Shown: piece after piece, positions 22,879 through 24,000 of the stretch
Numbering within the stretch: position 1 is the first letter of the stretch
How the letters are laid out: each line of letters begins with the position of its first letter
From: Moorella naiadis (nom. illeg.)
GTDB taxonomy: Bacteria; Bacillota; DSM-521; Neomoorellales; Neomoorellaceae
Assembly (NCBI RefSeq): GCF_051020825.1
Contig: NZ_JAXGFQ010000009.1
Coordinates: forward strand, 42,387-66,386
DNA: 24,000 bases
Direction of reading: 5' to 3'
Made by a program: the position numbers and the translations under genes
Notes under the pieces: model-generated
What the model saw: only the letters and a program-made list of their open reading frames with translations
What the model was told of the DNA's origin: nothing
Databases searched by the model: none

Positions 22879-24000
22879 ATGTGTGGCATAGGTGGCATAG
22901 CTTACGCTGATCCGCGGCAGACCTCTACGGCCGGTCTGCTGGAGGCTATGGCCGGGGCCATGTACCATCGCGGCCCCGATGACCAGGGCTTGCACCGGGA
23001 ACCGGGTTGCGGCTTGAGCTTCCGGCGTCTGGGCATCATCGATTTAGACGGTGGACACCAGCCCTTGAGCAACGAGGATGATACCCTTTGGCTCATCTGT
23101 AACGGGGAGATTTATAATTACCGGCAGCTGCGGCGGGGATTGCAGGCCCGGGGGCATATCTTTCGCAGCGGCAGTGACGCCGAGGTTATCCTCCACCTTT
23201 ATGAAGAGAGAGGCCTGGATTGCTTGGGTGAGCTGCAAGGCATGTTTGCCCTGGCCCTCTGGGATCGCCGGCAGCGCTGTTTACTCCTGGCCCGGGACCG
23301 CCTGGGGATTAAACCCTTATACTACACTATGGTGTCCGGCAACCTAGCCTTTGCCTCGGAGATTAAACCCCTTCTCACCCTGCCGGGAGTTAACGCGGCG
23401 GCGAATCTGGCGGCCATCGACAGCTACCTGACCCTGCGCTTTGTCCCGGCACCCTTGACCTTTTTTCGGGAAATCTACAAGCTTCGTCCAGGGCACTACC
23501 TGACTTACCACCAGGGCCGGGTCAAGGATGAGGGTTACTGGGATCTGCCGGCGCCGGGAAGCTTTACCGGTACTGCTGATGAGGCAGCGGCTACTTTGCT
23601 GGCTTTACTCCAGGAAACAGTAGGCAGCCATCTCCAGAGCGAAGCCCCGGTAGGGCTGTTCTTGAGCGGCGGTCTGGACAGCAGCACCATCCTGGCCCTG
23701 GCCGCCAGGGAAGGGGTGGGCAGGCTGCAGACCTTTTCCCTGGGCTTCACCCGTGCCAATCAGCCTCACCAGGGTTTCTGGGAACTGGCTGCTGCCCGGG
23801 GCCTGGCCCGGTATTACGCCACCGACCACCACGAGATTGAGGTCGCCCCCGGGGAGGTACCTGAAGCCCTGGCCAGGATGGTCTGGCAGCTAGAGGAACC
23901 CCTGGGGGATCCCACCATGATCCCCTTATATTTTATCAGCCGCGAGGCGTCCGGCCGGGTTAAGGTCGTCCTGTCCGGCGAGGGGGCCGATGAGATTTTC
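22879..24000 (+). CDS. asnB: Asparagine synthase (glutamine-hydrolysing), N-terminal 374 codons (3' end outside the window)
   Basis: This gene is not in the ORF track because there is no stop before the window end. The frame is open from ATG 22879.

The translation begins MCGIGGIAY...HRGPDDQG...RRLGIIDLDGGHQPL...LICNGEIYNY..LR......GH.F.SGSDAEVILHLYEE, which is a class II glutamine amidotransferase with Cys2. Further on comes the PP-loop LFLSGGLDSS.

The minus-strand track ORFs in this region are antisense artefacts. Confidence 0.9.
   Translation, partial: MCGIGGIAYADPRQTSTAGLLEAMAGAMYHRGPDDQGLHREPGCGLSFRRLGIIDLDGGHQPLSNEDDTLWLICNGEIYNYRQLRRGLQARGHIFRSGSDAEVILHLYEERGLDCLGELQGMFALALWDRRQRCLLLARDRLGIKPLYYTMVSGNLAFASEIKPLLTLPGVNAAANLAAIDSYLTLRFVPAPLTFFREIYKLRPGHYLTYHQGRVKDEGYWDLPAPGSFTGTADEAAATLLALLQETVGSHLQSEAPVGLFLSGGLDSSTILALAAREGVGRLQTFSLGFTRANQPHQGFWELAAARGLARYYATDHHEIEVAPGEVPEALARMVWQLEEPLGDPTMIPLYFISREASGRVKVVLSGEGADEIF

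Noticed and set aside
22813-23832. Several 60-89-aa ORFs on both strands between 22813 and 23832
   Set aside because: All overlap the open-ended asnB frame starting at 22879, which has unmistakable class II amidotransferase and PP-loop motifs.

Overview
The window looks like chromosomal DNA from a GC-rich, probably thermophilic Firmicute. The stressosome-to-GGDEF operon resembles the one published for Moorella thermoacetica, but I cannot verify the organism. I saw no rRNA, tRNA, CRISPR array, transposase or integrase.

Gene content, left to right:
- The 3' part of an SNF2 helicase gene, followed by a SWIM zinc-finger gene.
- OsmC.
- An ECF sigma / anti-sigma pair.
- A NEW3-type secreted protein with an ABC ATPase and an ABC-2 permease.
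- From about 7.3 kb to 20.5 kb, a dense c-di-GMP and phosphorelay neighbourhood:
  - an orphan CheY-like receiver;
  - a clear class I c-di-GMP (GEMM-I) riboswitch in front of a secreted copper-amine-oxidase-N-domain protein;
  - a CHASE3 histidine kinase, CheY and receiver-HD-GYP operon;
  - an orphan FliD-like gene and a PAP2 phosphatase on the minus strand;
  - an RsbR/RsbS/RsbT/RsbX stressosome operon ending in an RsbU_N-GAF-GGDEF diguanylate cyclase;
  - a membrane HD-GYP protein.
- An OmpR-type two-component pair.
- The 5' part of asnB. This gene is missing from the ORF track because it runs off the window.

The most unusual signal is a pair of diverged copies of a leader about 0.5 kb long, at about 7500-7990 and 18970-19545. 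Each copy has:
- a sigma-H-like promoter motif;
- a conserved SD+ATG mini-ORF;
- a homopolymeric G tract (17 and 14 nt) read in the same frame in both copies;
- a long pyrimidine-rich tail.

One copy precedes the HD-GYP gene. The other retains only about 20 codons of an HD-GYP-like start and now precedes the orphan CheY.

A second regulatory duplication links the CHASE3-kinase operon and the stressosome operon. All functional readings are hypotheses based on reading the sequence by eye.
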